A DNA stretch of 49,234 nucleotides, counting the filler, from Jimgerdemannia flammicorona (taxonomy: Eukaryota), in the NCBI GenBank assembly GCA_003990765.1. It is 2 parts of 2 records of this genome, joined end to end, with 100 filler letters (N's around TTAATTAATTAA, not from the genome) between each part and the next. Parts side by side here need not be neighbours in the genome. Positions count along the whole stretch, not along the records: positions 24,671 to 49,234 come from RBNJ01000957.1; 1 more part is not named here. The stretch is one strand, 5' to 3'. The notes beneath the pieces were generated by a model. It saw only the letters and a list, made by a program, of their open reading frames with translations, had not been told where the DNA came from and ran no database searches. Position 1 is the first letter of the stretch. Each line of letters starts with the position of its first letter. Shown piece by piece: positions 36,200-48,383 of this stretch. A program made the translations under genes and the position numbers.

Positions 36200-36700
36200 T
36201 CTGAGTTGTCCTGAAGGATGAGATACCAGAACTCTTCTATCTCATCACTATTAAGAGTAATAGTAGACTGGACCTCTGTAGCTACCATGGCTTCTAGTGT
36301 ATTGATATGATGGACTGACAGATCCCTGAAGTCTGAGACTCTGGTATACTCTAAGTTAGGAATTAATCATAGTATATACCTGAAGATCTGATAAATCTTC
36401 TTGGCTGTTCTTATTTTATATATATCTATAGAAGTGGTATCTTGTAGCTCTTGAGAGTGGCTTGAGGGAATTCCTGGCAGAGAAGGTTTCTTATTTCATA
36501 TTCTTACCACATCTGGAGACATTCAGTAGCAATGGTGATTCTTGTCTCTATCTTGTAGCAGTAGAAGATATAATGATAATAGTCACCAGTACCCAATTGA
36601 CACTAGGAGTCCTTGTGGTGCAGGTCTTTATAGCTCTTTGGATGTCTTAGAATATCCTTTTCTAAACTGAGGGGCCTTGGTGGTTTCTTGATCTTGAGGT
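36200..36700 (-). pseudogene. E2 accessory ORF-Y homolog
   Basis: DIQRAIK...TECLQMW*EYEIRNLL...IRTAKKIYQIFRYIL*LIPNLEYTRVSDFRDL, with frameshifts. Confidence 0.65.
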
Positions 36701-37344
36701 TTAGCAAGTAGCAGGCATTCTATTTATAATAAGTCTTTAAGCTATTTCAGAATTAGTAGGTATTGTTGAGTTGCTGCTACTGTGGTTCCTTGATCCTTCT
36801 TTTATATTCCTCAAGGTATTTATATTGTGGTCCCAATAACTTACAGTTGGTCATCATTGCTCATCTTGTAACCTAGGTGAGTTATGCTGTATAATCTTCT
36901 TGTGCTCTGATCTGGTAGCTTGCAAGGAAAGACTGTCTCTTATGCTGATGTTATTATTCTGAGGTTACTGTTACATTTTCCTTCTGAATAAGGATCTTCT
37001 TGAACATCCTTATTCATTGGTCTAGTTCTGAAAAATTTTCTGATCTTATAACCTCTGATAGGGGGTTGAAAAGTGGTATTTATAGGCTAGCATCTTTCCT
37101 ATATATTTTGATGTGATGGTGAAGAGTCACTCCCTTTATATAAAGTAAGGGCCTGATTCTGATCTTGACTAATCAGTTGACAGTTCAAACTCCTCTGGCT
37201 TCAAAAGTCTTACAGATGAGTAGTTGCTAGTACCATATCTCTTAGAGAATGGTCCAGACAGATTACCTGCTAGTCATGAGTTGTGCTATTATGATTCACA
37301 GACTAGAACCTCATGGGCAGTCATTATGTTTTGCTTTTTTTATA

Positions 37345-38536
37345 TAGGTTCATGGTACTTCTTGAGTCTGTTCCTATATACTATGGTAGGCAGTATGGTC
37401 TCTGAGAGTTTTCTAAGCCAGAAGGTAGTTTTCTTGATATTTTGCACATAGAAGAGTTCTTCCCATTTGGGCTCTAGTTTTTGCAACTATGAGACTTCTA
37501 CTATATTTCAATATAGTAGGACCTTTTCTCTGATTTGGATGGGTTCTAGGATCTTGTGATTCTTTTCTGCATTCTTCTTCATCAGTACTTGTGACTTGAT
37601 GATGTAATCTTTAGCCTTCTTCCTGATTTGGTATAGTCTCTAGATTTCTGAATCAACCCATCTCCAAGTTAGGTCTAGATTTGTAACTGAGGTTCCATCA
37701 GAATCTTCTTCTCTAAAGAGTAGTTCTCTTGGGGTAAAGTGTATACTCTGTGACTATATATCTTATAGGATAGAGAGAGCAGTTGGGAGATAGTTATCCC
37801 AATTCTCATATATGTCTGAGATCTTCACCAAGATATTCTTGAGGGTCTTATTGGTTCTCTCTGTCTGTCTATTTTCATGAGAGTGGTATGTGGTGGTCTT
37901 GATGTACTAAATCTTATATTTCTGATACATTATCTTATGGAATTCATTGACAAATTCTGTGCTGCAGTCTGTAGTGATTTACTTTGATGTCTTGTAGTAG
38001 TAGATAATTTCTCAGTATAGGAAGTTAGCTATAAAGAAGGCATTGGCTTTTTGTAATACTCCTGCTTCAATCTATTTAGTAAAGAGGTCTACAATAACTA
38101 TAATGTAGCAGTTTCCTAATAGTGTTACTGGTAGTGGCCCAATGATATCTATTACAATGTGGTGGAAGGAGATAAGCTCAATTCTTGATGACTTGAGTGT
38201 CTGGTCTTGCTGATCTTATTTCTGTTTTTGGCACTTATTACACCCTTTGACAAATTGGCACAGATCTTCTTCTATTTTGGGCCACTATATAGTTCTTTTT
38301 ACTTTATTATATGTGTTGGTTCCTTCTAGATATCCTTGTTAATATACTTCCTTTATTACTTGATACTTCTTGTGTTTGGGTATTATAAGCTTTCCTCCTT
38401 TTCTGAGTATAGTATTGTCTAGTTTAAACTATTTCCAAGTCTGGTTGATGATGGTGATTGTCCAGGATTTGAGATGGTTGGGTATCTTCTACTGCCTAAG
38501 ATAGCTAATTAATCCATAGTATAACTCCTTATTCAT
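37345..38536 (-). pseudogene. E2 integrase, separate ORF
   Basis: ATG at 38536 overlaps the pol stop (TATGAATAA). Colinear with the E3 integrase. Confidence 0.88.
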
Positions 38537-38744
38537 ATTGAATAGTCTTGAGGGGAGTGTTTTGAGGTATCCTTGAGAGTGTATTGGCATTAGCATTGGT
38601 TCTTTCTGGACAGTGCTTAACAGTACAGTCATCCTCTTGCAGTCTATAGATCCATCTGGTATATATTTCTTTAGGGTTCAGAGTGTGGAATAGCCAGGCA
38701 AGAGTGGAATAGTCTGTTTGAATAGTGAAGTGTTTCACAGCTAG

Positions 38745-39254
38745 TAGTGCTCCAAACAAGTCAATCCAGATGGGATTCAGATGGGATTCAAATCAATGAT
38801 TGTTTTGATTTCCAAATTAAATAATTAAATATTTATATCAATAACTTAATGAATAATCATCTAAATTTAATAATCTTGGTGTCATTTAAAAGCTCTTAAT
38901 AAGGCTTTTCTAATGATACCAAGAACATTAAAATTAGATTATGTATTACTGAGATATTAAGGAAACCATTCCATTTGATGAAATTTCCAAAATCAGAAAT
39001 TCAGATGTTTTCCTTCATAACTCAGGAATGCATAATCTGATTTCAATATTCTTAGTATCATTAGATAGGCCTTATTAAGAGATTTCAAATGACACAAAGG
39101 TCATCAAATTTGGATGATTATTCATTGAGTTATTGATGTAAAAATTTAATTGTCTAATTTGGAAATCAAAACAATTATTGATTCAAATCCATCCAGATGG
39201 GATTTGAATCTTATTCAAGTTGATCTGGATTAAATTGACTTGTTAGGAGCACTA
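38745..39254. mobile_element. hAT-like fold-back MITE inserted in E2 RNase H
   Basis: TIRs TAGTGCTCCAAACAAGTCAAT / ATTGACTTGTTAGGAGCACTA. Degenerate 8-bp TSD ACAGCTAG/CTGGCTAG. Removing the element plus one TSD copy restores colinearity with E3 (HYYLARxHF). Confidence 0.88.
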
Positions 39255-40544
39255 CTGGCTAGATAGTAGTGGAACTTATCTACTACCCAAACTACTACTA
39301 AGCATTTGAGCTTGTATGACTCATAGTTCTGTTCTGCTCCACAGGTACCTCAGCTTATATAGGAGATGACATATTCATGTCCATCTTTCTTCTGAGCTAG
39401 GACTGTTCCAAGTTCTATAGTACTTGAATCTGTCTATAGGATGAACTTTAGGTTCCAATCTGGTCTTCTGAGGATGGGTGCTTGGGTCAACCTGGTCTTG
39501 AGTTCATTAAAGATTTTTTGGCATTCCTTAGTCCATTCAAATTTGGTCTCCTTCTTCAGTAGCTCATAGATAGGTACTGCAATATTGGAGTATCCTTTGA
39601 TGAATCTTCTGTGGTAGGAGATCAGTCCAAGGAAGACATAGACTTCTGTGGTTGTTCTGAGTCTTGGGTAGGCTGCAACAGCCTCAATCTTTATAGAGTC
39701 TGTGTGGATTTTGGTCTGGTTGATGAGGTGTCCTAGGTAGGTAATTTTCTGACCTGCAAACTTACACTTCTTGGGCTTAATGTAGAGGTCATGCTCTTTG
39801 AGCTTCTTGAGGACTAGCTGTATAAGGTTGATATATTCCTATACAGTATTATTGATGATCACATCATCAACATAAACAAAGAGTCATTTTCTGATCTTAT
39901 TGCTGAAGACTCTGTTCATCATTTGCTGAAAACATACTGGGGCATTGCATATTTCAAATGGCATTTGCAGATAGATATAGGTGATATCAGATATGATAAA
40001 GACTGATTTCTCACTGGTATCTTGAGTGAGACCAATTTGATGGAAGCCTGAGAACAGATCCAAGGTGGTGTAATATTTGGCTTCACTTCCAAGAGTGGTA
40101 AGGATTTCTTGAATATTTAGCAAGGGCTGTCTATCCTTCTTGGTAATTGCATTTGAGCTTCTTATAGTCAATGTAGAGTCTTGGAGCAAACTCTCCAGGC
40201 TTGCTTCCTTTCTTTGGAGCAAGGATAATGAGTGAAGCCCAGAGACTGATAGCTTGCTTAATAATTCTGGCTTCTTCCATTTCCTTGAGTTCTGCTCATA
40301 GCCATTCTCTGTAGGTAGGTGGTATAGGTCTGGCTTTCTGATAGATGGGCTTGGTATTACTGGTGTTAACTTCATAGTAGTATTTGAGTTCTTGATTGTA
40401 AATATCTCTAAAGTCTATAGCAAGTACTCCTTCATTCTAGTGCAGGATCTTGAGAAGTTGTTCTTCTAGAGGAAAGTTTTCTCCAATGATATATGTATGC
40501 TTATTCTGATCCTTGTCTTTCTTGTACTCAAGTTCAGTAATCTT

Positions 40545-40985
40545 AGTGGTAGTATAGGCTCCTCTTCTAGTAGATCTAAAGCCTTGTTCTCCTCTCTTGG
40601 TCTTGATGAGTTTGATGACTTTGGTGATCTTGAGCTTCTTGATTTCATGGATCAGCATCTGGCCAATCCTGTAATACTTCTTGACTTCAAATGGGGTGGT
40701 AGAGTTGTAATTTCTGAATATAAGGAAGATCTCACCAGTATAATCAGAGTCAATTATTCCTCCTTTAACTGAGATTTCACTTTTGGTCAGACTGCTTCTG
40801 GTCTTGATAATTCTGGCATAGCTCTCTAGAAATTTGACTCCAATTCCAGTATCAAGTAGAGTGGTGGTCTATGGTTCAAAGGTAGCATCTTGAATGCTAA
40901 CAAGGTATATTTCTATATCTCCTTCAGTCTTATATTCTGGGATCTTAGCTTTGGGGTAAAACTTCTTAATCTTGAGAGTGATGTC
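40545..40985 (-). pseudogene. dUTPase domain of E2, upstream of RT
   Basis: LDTGIG, KTRSSL, GGIIDSDYTGEI, RIGQMLI, KRGEQGFRST. Confidence 0.9.
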
Positions 40986-41320
40986 TGGTTCTTGTTTCTC
41001 CTCATTATCACTATCAGCTTGAAGCTCTGAGGGCTGGTCATCTTCTTCGGCTTTCCTTTTTGCTTTAGTAGCTTCTTACTCATGCTTCTGTTGGCAGATT
41101 TTTCTGACTTTACTGATACAGGACCAGCAGTCATTCAGGTGTTCAGAGCAGTACATCCTAGTACCATGGGGGTATCTTCCTTGAGGAGCATAGCCATTGA
41201 TGATGTTATTATACCACTGCTCATCTGTGAGCTTGGGTGGGGTGCTGGATATTGATAGATACTTAGAGGAATGGCACCCTGATCCAGTGGCAGGCTTAGG
41301 TGACCTTGGTGCTGCTGTTT

Positions 41321-43688
41321 GAAGAGAAGAGATTTAGTAGGTACTGATGATGGCAAGTTCAGAGACAGCACTAGTGGAGGATGACTTACAGTGGGATTTT
41401 TGGAAGAAAATGGCAGGAGTTGAGATAATTCTGGAGAAAATGACAGCAATATATAATGAAGTAATTAGCTCAGAGGTATGAATTAGGGAGCAGAGCTTGG
41501 GTCTTATAGCTCTACTGTTTAATAATAAGGAGAGAAGAGAGGAGTAGAAAAACTGAAGACTGATCATGCTTTTAAATATTGATTACAAACTGGTCATGAA
41601 GATACTGATGACTAGGCTGTAAGAGGTGGCTCAGCAGGTTCTGGGGGCTGAGTAGAGAAGATTTATAGAGAGATGTCTGATCAGAAATGAGACAGCCTGA
41701 GTGTATGATATCATCAAGAGAGCTCATATTACTGGGGTAGATGGATAGCTGGCTTTTTTAGACCAAGAGAAGATCTATGACAGAGTCCAGTGAGTATGGT
41801 TGGAAGGAGTGCTAAAGCATTTTGGGGTCTCCCCTAGAGTCCAGCAGCCTTGGTCAGTCTGCTGGAAGAGAGTCAGGCAGCAATTATAGTGAATAGGTAT
41901 AAAGGGGTTTTATTCCCTCTGAGCAAGTGAGTGCTACAGGGGGATCCACTGTTATCAATTCTGTATATATTATCCCTGAAGCCTCTTTTGGATAGGATAT
42001 GGTGAAAGGTGGGGGGGTTGGACATTCTGGGAATTAATTAGAAGGTAGAGGCCTTTGCTGATGATATGATATCAGGCTGGGGTTGGCTGAAGATATTGTA
42101 GTACTAAAAGATATAGTAGAGTGATATGAGGGGTGCTCAGATACTAAGCTCAACTGATATAAGTGTGAGACTTTGGTGTTGGGAGGAGGGATAGTAGATG
42201 GAAATGTGATTGGAACAATTGTCCCTACAGAAGAGGCTGTTTGCTATCTGGGAATTTACTTTTCAGTATATGGCTTCTTGTTACCTTACAGATAGTGGGA
42301 GCAGTGATTGGCAGAGTGGAAGAGTACTCTCTTAGAGTGGAGTGGTCATTATATATCTCTGGCAGAGAGGGTGATAGTACTGAATATATACTGGCTATCT
42401 AAGCTATAGTACCTAGTATCACTTGAAATTTCTAGTGTAAGTGGTCAAGTAATTGTTGAAGATAGCCAGGATCTGGATATGGGCAGAATTACAGAGTCAG
42501 ATTGGTTGAGAGATGTTGACCTGGCTAGTGGACTGGAGAGGCCTAGGTTTGGTGGATTTTTCTAAGTATCTTCATTACTTAAGAGTATGATGGCTAAAGT
42601 AAGCAAGTGAGTTGAGGGGCAGAGAGTGGGTTCCTCTTATACAGAGGGTGTAAGAGACCTAGTTCTCTCCCCATGGTATAACTGGAGATCCTTTATCTCT
42701 GGAGGCTTTAGAGAGAAGTCAGAGGATATACTATAGGAGATTCTGGTGGAGAGTGATTAATGGAGCTCACCATATTGGTCTCCAATAGTAAGGTGATGAG
42801 GGAGAGAAGGAGTGGAGATCCCAGATATAGAGGTGGGACTGCCTTCTGTTAGGCAGGGGGCTAGTGGATGACTTCTGTTTGGAAAATAGTGTGAAATATC
42901 TTTAGAAGTATGGGAGGGATCTATAGCTAGAGGTATGGCAGGGGGTAGGAATTGAAAAAGAGTGAGACTGAAATAGTATTTAGCTATAGAGCAAGCAGGT
43001 GATAAGATGGATTCTCCCTAAGTTCTGAGTAATATGGTGGAGAATTTTATAATATAATGTGATGTTGAACTACCAGATGGATCACTTGGTGGAAGGAGAT
43101 ATCTAAGAGTATAAGGAGTGTCTGAACATTGGACAGGAGGGAGGTGTGGTACAGACTTCTGAATACTAGTTAGGGGAGTATGAGGTGATGGATAACTTTT
43201 GGAAGATGATTGAGGGGTGGCTGAGAGTATATCCACCAGGGTTGGTGGTAGGAGAGAGGTGGGGTGACCTCCAGAGGAGGCTGGTGGGGAGGTTGAGAGA
43301 TGAGTAGTTGATATTAGGATGGGTGCTAGTGATTTGGGTCAGACTTGTAGAACTTTGGCTATATATATTTAAGGAGGGTTAATAGTTGACATTAGGGATA
43401 AAGTTGGCTAGATAGAAGTGACTGATGACAGACCTATTGAATGAGTGGTGGAGGGGTGGAAGTGCTGGTAGAGGGTATCAGAGATAACTGGTGGAGACAA
43501 TCTGTAGGAAAAGTGGAAGGAGAATTGAGATGGCAGAAGGGTTCAGAGTATTTTGAAGAAATAATAAGGAGAAGAGAGAGCTTCCAAGTAAGATTAGGTG
43601 AGGGGGTTCATTTGTATTAGTATATTATAGATAGTTTAATAATAAAGTGAAAGTCCTTATAACTATAAAAAAAAAAAAAAAAAAAAAA
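41321..43688 (+). mobile_element. LINE copy E (divergent subfamily), 5' truncated, with poly(A) tail
   Basis: WDFWKKM, LIMLLNIDYKLV, DQEKIYDRV, AFADDM (~42051). AATAAA, then an A run at 43667-43688. Confidence 0.9.
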
Positions 43689-46223
43689 GAGTAACTCTTC
43701 TAGTTTCTTAACTACTTCAATCTTGAGAAGTAATATGTAATATATATATTTCTTAAGTAGTATAGCTTCTGGGGTCAGTTCAATTTCATGATCAACTTCT
43801 CATATAGATAGTAGACCAGGTAGCTTGTCTGGAAAGATATTCTTAAATTCTTCAAGTAATAACTTAATACTTTCATTAATTGATAGCTTCTTGTCTTACT
43901 TCTTAGAGTAAACTATTATAATAAAGACATGTATTATCTTCTTGAGTGCTTTCTTATACTGTATTACTAATAGTATTATAATCTGAGTTTTATTTGTAGA
44001 CTTGTCTATCTTGACAGTAATATTGACTCTATCTAAAAGTAGGGTAACTTCATTCTTACACCAATCAATGTTTGGATTATATTTGGTGAGCCAGAATTTT
44101 CCTAAGATCAAATTATGATCTCCTAGTAGTACAACCTCAAAGTTTACTTATTCCCAATATTTTTGGATCTTAATAGGTAGTTTGGCTACAATTGACTTGA
44201 TAGAATATAATATATCATCTATAGTAACTATACCATCATTCTTAGGAACAGGTTTGGTGAGAAACTTGAGGTTTTCAATAAGTAGTTGATGAAGTTTCCT
44301 ATAGCTTCACTGTCTATGAGTACTTGAACTTCTTTTTCTTTGACTAAATCTTTAAAAATAAATATAACTTGAGCTTGATTTTTAATAAAACTTGCTGCTT
44401 GATCAGTACTATCAAAACCTTTCTAATCTTACTTGATTTCAGATAGTTCTTAGACTTCTATAATCTTAGATTAACTGACTTTTTCTAGAATCATTTATAT
44501 AACTTGGTCTCCTTCCTTAACTATATAGTCTTAATTCTTTTAATTGATAAGTAAGACTTAAATCTATCTTAGATAGTTTGAGTCAATAACACCAGTACTA
44601 ATATCTAAATGATATTTGACACTGAGTTCTGATTACTATATAATTCTGGCATAATATTCTTTAGGATATTAAACTGTAATTTCAGTAGGTATCAGAGTTT
44701 AGCCTTTGGTCAGAATAGTGATTTGCTTAATAGAGTATAGGTTAAGACCAATGGCTCTTTTTGATTGATATTGAGAGATCTAGGTCTTTGAATGAAGCTT
44801 TTTGATCTTAAGTTTAGATTAACTAATAGTAAGGTTAGCAGGTATATCTTTGGATAATATAGTGACTGGTTTTGAGAGTTTGCTGGTCTTTTTAGGACAT
44901 TTGATTACAATGTGTCCTATTTGATAACAGAAGAAATAAGCTCCAGATTTCTTCAGATACTCTTTTTTTTCTAAGATAAGCTTGGTATTTTTCTTATTTA
45001 TAATATCTAGATCCATTGGTGCTGGGCTAACTACTTTGGATTGATTCTTGTAATAGTACTCAAAATAGTTCTTTTTGCAGTGATCTGGCTTAAAGTGGTT
45101 ATTAAAAGTGATAACATCAAATCTATTTGTAATTCTCATAGCTTCATTGAGGATCTATAGCTCTTTTAGCTCAACCTTGACTTATGTATTTCCTTTCAGA
45201 CTTTAGATATAGCAGTCTATCTTTTCATCTTCTTATATTACTAGTAGTTTAAGTAGAATTGACAGAAATTATATATTGTAACTTTATATAGACTTGAGTT
45301 GCTTGAGTTTTCTGGCTTATCTCTGGCTAGTTTGGTAGTATTAGCAGGCTTAAACTACTAGTGAAGAGTCTCTTTGAAGAATTTTCAATTTTGGATTCTT
45401 ATGTTTGAATAGATAGTAGTGATCACAATATAATTATATCATCAAATAACTATATTTCCTCAAAAAATGTATAGTGGCAAATTGGACTTATATATCTTCT
45501 TTTATTCTTATGAGTTCAAAGTATTGGTCTAACTGAAAGATCTATATATCTATAGTCAGTCCTCCTCAGTGACCATCAAAGATATCTAACTTGAGTGGCT
45601 TAAAGCTAACTAGTATAGTAGCAGAATGTGATATAGCTGTAGTTTTTATTTTCTGATAGTCTATTTATACTTGAAATTATTGAATTTGATAGACTATAGT
45701 AATAATAATTTTCTCTAGATTAACTTGTGACTTTGTATTATCCGCTTTTTCTATAGTAAAGAGATCTAGATAATAGGCTAGTTCTCTATAGTTCATTTTG
45801 TTCTTATATATCTAGTTGTGACTGGTTTCCAAATTCATATAAGATTTCTTAATAAGATAAGATATAATGATACTACTGCTATTAAGTATAATAGTTTTAG
45901 TTTCTTTAAGAAAAAGTAACTAAGACTAGTAATTCTGATAGATCTAAAGTAGCTTAAAGAGATACTTATAGATTTAAGTATTCTCAAAGGAATTTTGAAA
46001 GAAAATATTCTGAGTTTTATTCAAGTAGAAAACAAGGATATTTATACAAGATCTGAAAGAAAGATCTGGAAGGATCTTAAAAAAGAAGAGAAAAACCAAG
46101 AAATAGGTTCTTGATAAAGATGACTAATAGAATTCTATAATATTCTAAAAAGTTCTATAACTAGCTAAGATAAAATACTTGGTGCTGAGAAAAGATAAGA
46201 ATGTTCTAATAATATCTTAGTAC
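43689..46223 (-). mobile_element. Ty3/gypsy E4: partial 5' LTR, gag, dUTPase, PR, RT start; extremely decayed
   Basis: TATA/AATAAA at 46015-46046. Decayed PBS at ~45873-45886. Motifs PAPMDLD, YFFCYQIGHIVIKC, VLIDSEA, LILGKFWLTKYNPNIDW, IFPDKLPGL..VDHEIEL. Confidence 0.82.
44400..44812 (-). pseudogene. dUTPase domain of E4, between the Gag knuckle and protease
   Basis: LKIKKL, AIGLNLYS, IPTEI, TGVIDSNY, VKEGDQVI, KGFDST. Confidence 0.85.
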
Positions 46224-46487
46224 TGTAACATAGTGGACGCTTACTCTTGAAAGTATGTCAGATTTCTGTATCTTGAAAACTTAACTGTTCTGACTCTCGC
46301 AGAGTCTCTTGAAGTGGCAGGGGAGGGTGGGTGAGTTCGAAGTGTATCTGCCTGCAGGCTTACTAGTTTCTTTGCTTATCTCTTTGCTTTTGAACTATTT
46401 CGATCTGAGGTTTATTCACTCAAAGATACTGGGTTATTTATACAAGTTTGCTAGCTATAAGAGGGTGGTTAAGTAATAAATGAGTCA

Positions 46488-46602
46488 TTTGGACTTTGTT
46501 AAAACATTTGGACAATGTCTAAATACTATACTAAATCAGGGTATCCGATTTGGATAATGTCTAAAATTTAGACAATGTCTAAGAATTTAGACAATGTCAA
46601 AA
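46488..46602. repeat. array of 17-bp palindromic motifs TTT(A/G)GACA-A-TGTCTAAA
   Basis: Copies at 46507, 46549, 46567 and 46586, plus a degenerate copy at 46488. Confidence 0.85.
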
Positions 46603-46738
46603 TTGAGGACTGCTAACTATAATACTATACCACTTTGGGAATGGGTGTGATCAAGTGTCTATTCCCTATTTCCTTCTTCCAAATCTGGCTGTACCATCAC
46701 AACTTCCTCCTGAATAGATGGTCTCATCCCTGAGGCAT

Positions 46739-47200
46739 CTATTCAAACTCCCAGGCTTCAACAGTCTGTATGGTCTTGTACTGTACGATTTGCTGCATGA
46801 CCGTTTCCCAATGATGTCTTCTCACTTTCTCAAAGTTGGTAGGGGTTACTCCTCTCAGGTGGTCTATTGCTGCTTCATCTTCTCGGAATAGCTTGTGGAT
46901 CCTTTTGGCAATAGTGATCTGTGAGTGGGAGAGTTGACACTCGGCAATCCAGTCCTCCTTGGTCTTTGCTGGATCCTGATTGAGCACCTGTCCAAGCTTG
47001 AAGTACTCTTGGAATTCTGCCTAATATTGATAGACCCTAAAGTGCGAGATCCGAGAGAGATAAGTCTGCACAATACTCTGAATATCCTCATAGAATGGCT
47101 CTATGGTCGGAGGCTCGGTGGTGTGCCATTGTCTTTCGATGGCTCTTTGGGCAGCACTAGTGATCTTGAGTACCATTGCAGTACTTTTATTACTGGCCAT
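46739..47200 (-). CDS. E3 accessory ORF-Y (~153 codons, one internal TAG)
   Basis: ATG at 47200 lies just inside the integrase 3' end. MASNKST...YFKLGQVL...AKRIHKLF..AIDHLRGVT. Confidence 0.72.
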
Positions 47201-48383
47201 GATATTTCTTGAGTCGGTTTTGATGAATGGTAGTGGGGATTATTGTGTCTGAGGGTTTTCATAGCCAAAAGGTGGTCTCTTTTATATCTTGCACAAGGTA
47301 AGGTCCTTCCCACTTGGGCTCCAGTTTTTATGACCATGAAGCTTCTACCATGTTCCGATATACCAGGACCTTGTCTCCTATCTTGATAATCTCCAAGGGC
47401 TTGTGGGTCTTTTCTGCATTCCTCCGTTGTAGTATCTGCACCTTGGTTATGTAATCCTCAGCCTTCTTCCTTATTTGGTGTAGTCTCCATATTTCCACGT
47501 CCACATATTTCCATACAGCATCTCCATTGGATGATAGGGTTCCTTGAGAACATTCTTCTCTGAACAGCATTTCTCGAGGGGTAAAGTGGGTACTTTGTGA
47601 TCGGATGTCTCGGAGAGCAGATAATGCTATTGGCAGATAGTGATCCCAGTTCTTGTAGTTATCACAGATCTTGGCGATAACATTCTTGAGGGTTTTGTTG
47701 GTTCTTTCTACTTGTCCGTTTCCTTGAGGGTGATAGGCTGTGGTCCGAATGTGCTGGATCTTATACTTCTTGTAGAGAACTTCAAAGAGCTGGTTCACGA
47801 ATTCTGTTCCTCTATCTGTAGTTACTTGTATTGGGGTCTTGAACTAGCAGATGATTTCCTTGTGGAAGAAATTGGCAATTGACTGTGCATTGGCTTTCTT
47901 GAGGGGTCCTGCTTCTATCCACTTCGTAAAAAGGTCTACGATGATAATGATGTATCGGTTGCCAGTCAAAGTCAAGGGTAGGGGGCCGATTACATCCATT
48001 GCAATGTGGGCGAATGGTACTGGTTCTATGTGTACTGATCCTGGGACTTGATTTCGTTGGTCTTGTTTCTGTTTCTGGCATTTGTCACAGGTCTTGACAA
48101 ATTGTCTGATATCTTCCTCCATCCCTGGCCACCATATTGTTCTCCTTGCCTTATTATATGTATTTGTTCCTCCTAGATGGCCAAGTTTGTATACTGATTT
48201 CATCACTTGCTCCTTCTTGTGTTCTGGTATGACTAGTAGTTTTCCTTTCTTTAGTGTTTCTCCGTCAGTTTCGAATTGTTTCCATGTTCTGTTGATAATC
48301 GTTTGTGTCCATTCTTCCAGATGTTGGGGCATCTTTCGCTGTCCCAGGTATGTAATAATTCTGTAGTAGAGCTCCTTATTCAT
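47190..48383 (-). pseudogene. E3 integrase, separate ORF
   Basis: Starts MNKELYY. GHLG..WWPGM..CDKC zinc domain, DDE core and KLEPKWEGPY. A few C>T stops. Confidence 0.92.

Larger units (their letters stand above)
35610..41320 (-). mobile_element. Ty3/gypsy E2: dUTPase-RT-RH, separate IN, accessory region, probable 3' LTR
   Basis: YYTTLDLFSGFHQI, LFVYVDDV, IQTDYSTL, and IN starting MNKELYY. TATAAATA/AATAAA at 35617-35648. LTR limits uncertain. Confidence 0.85.

Noticed and set aside
46488..46602. CRISPR-like palindromic repeats
   Set aside because: Eukaryotic LTR context, no regular unique spacers and no cas genes.
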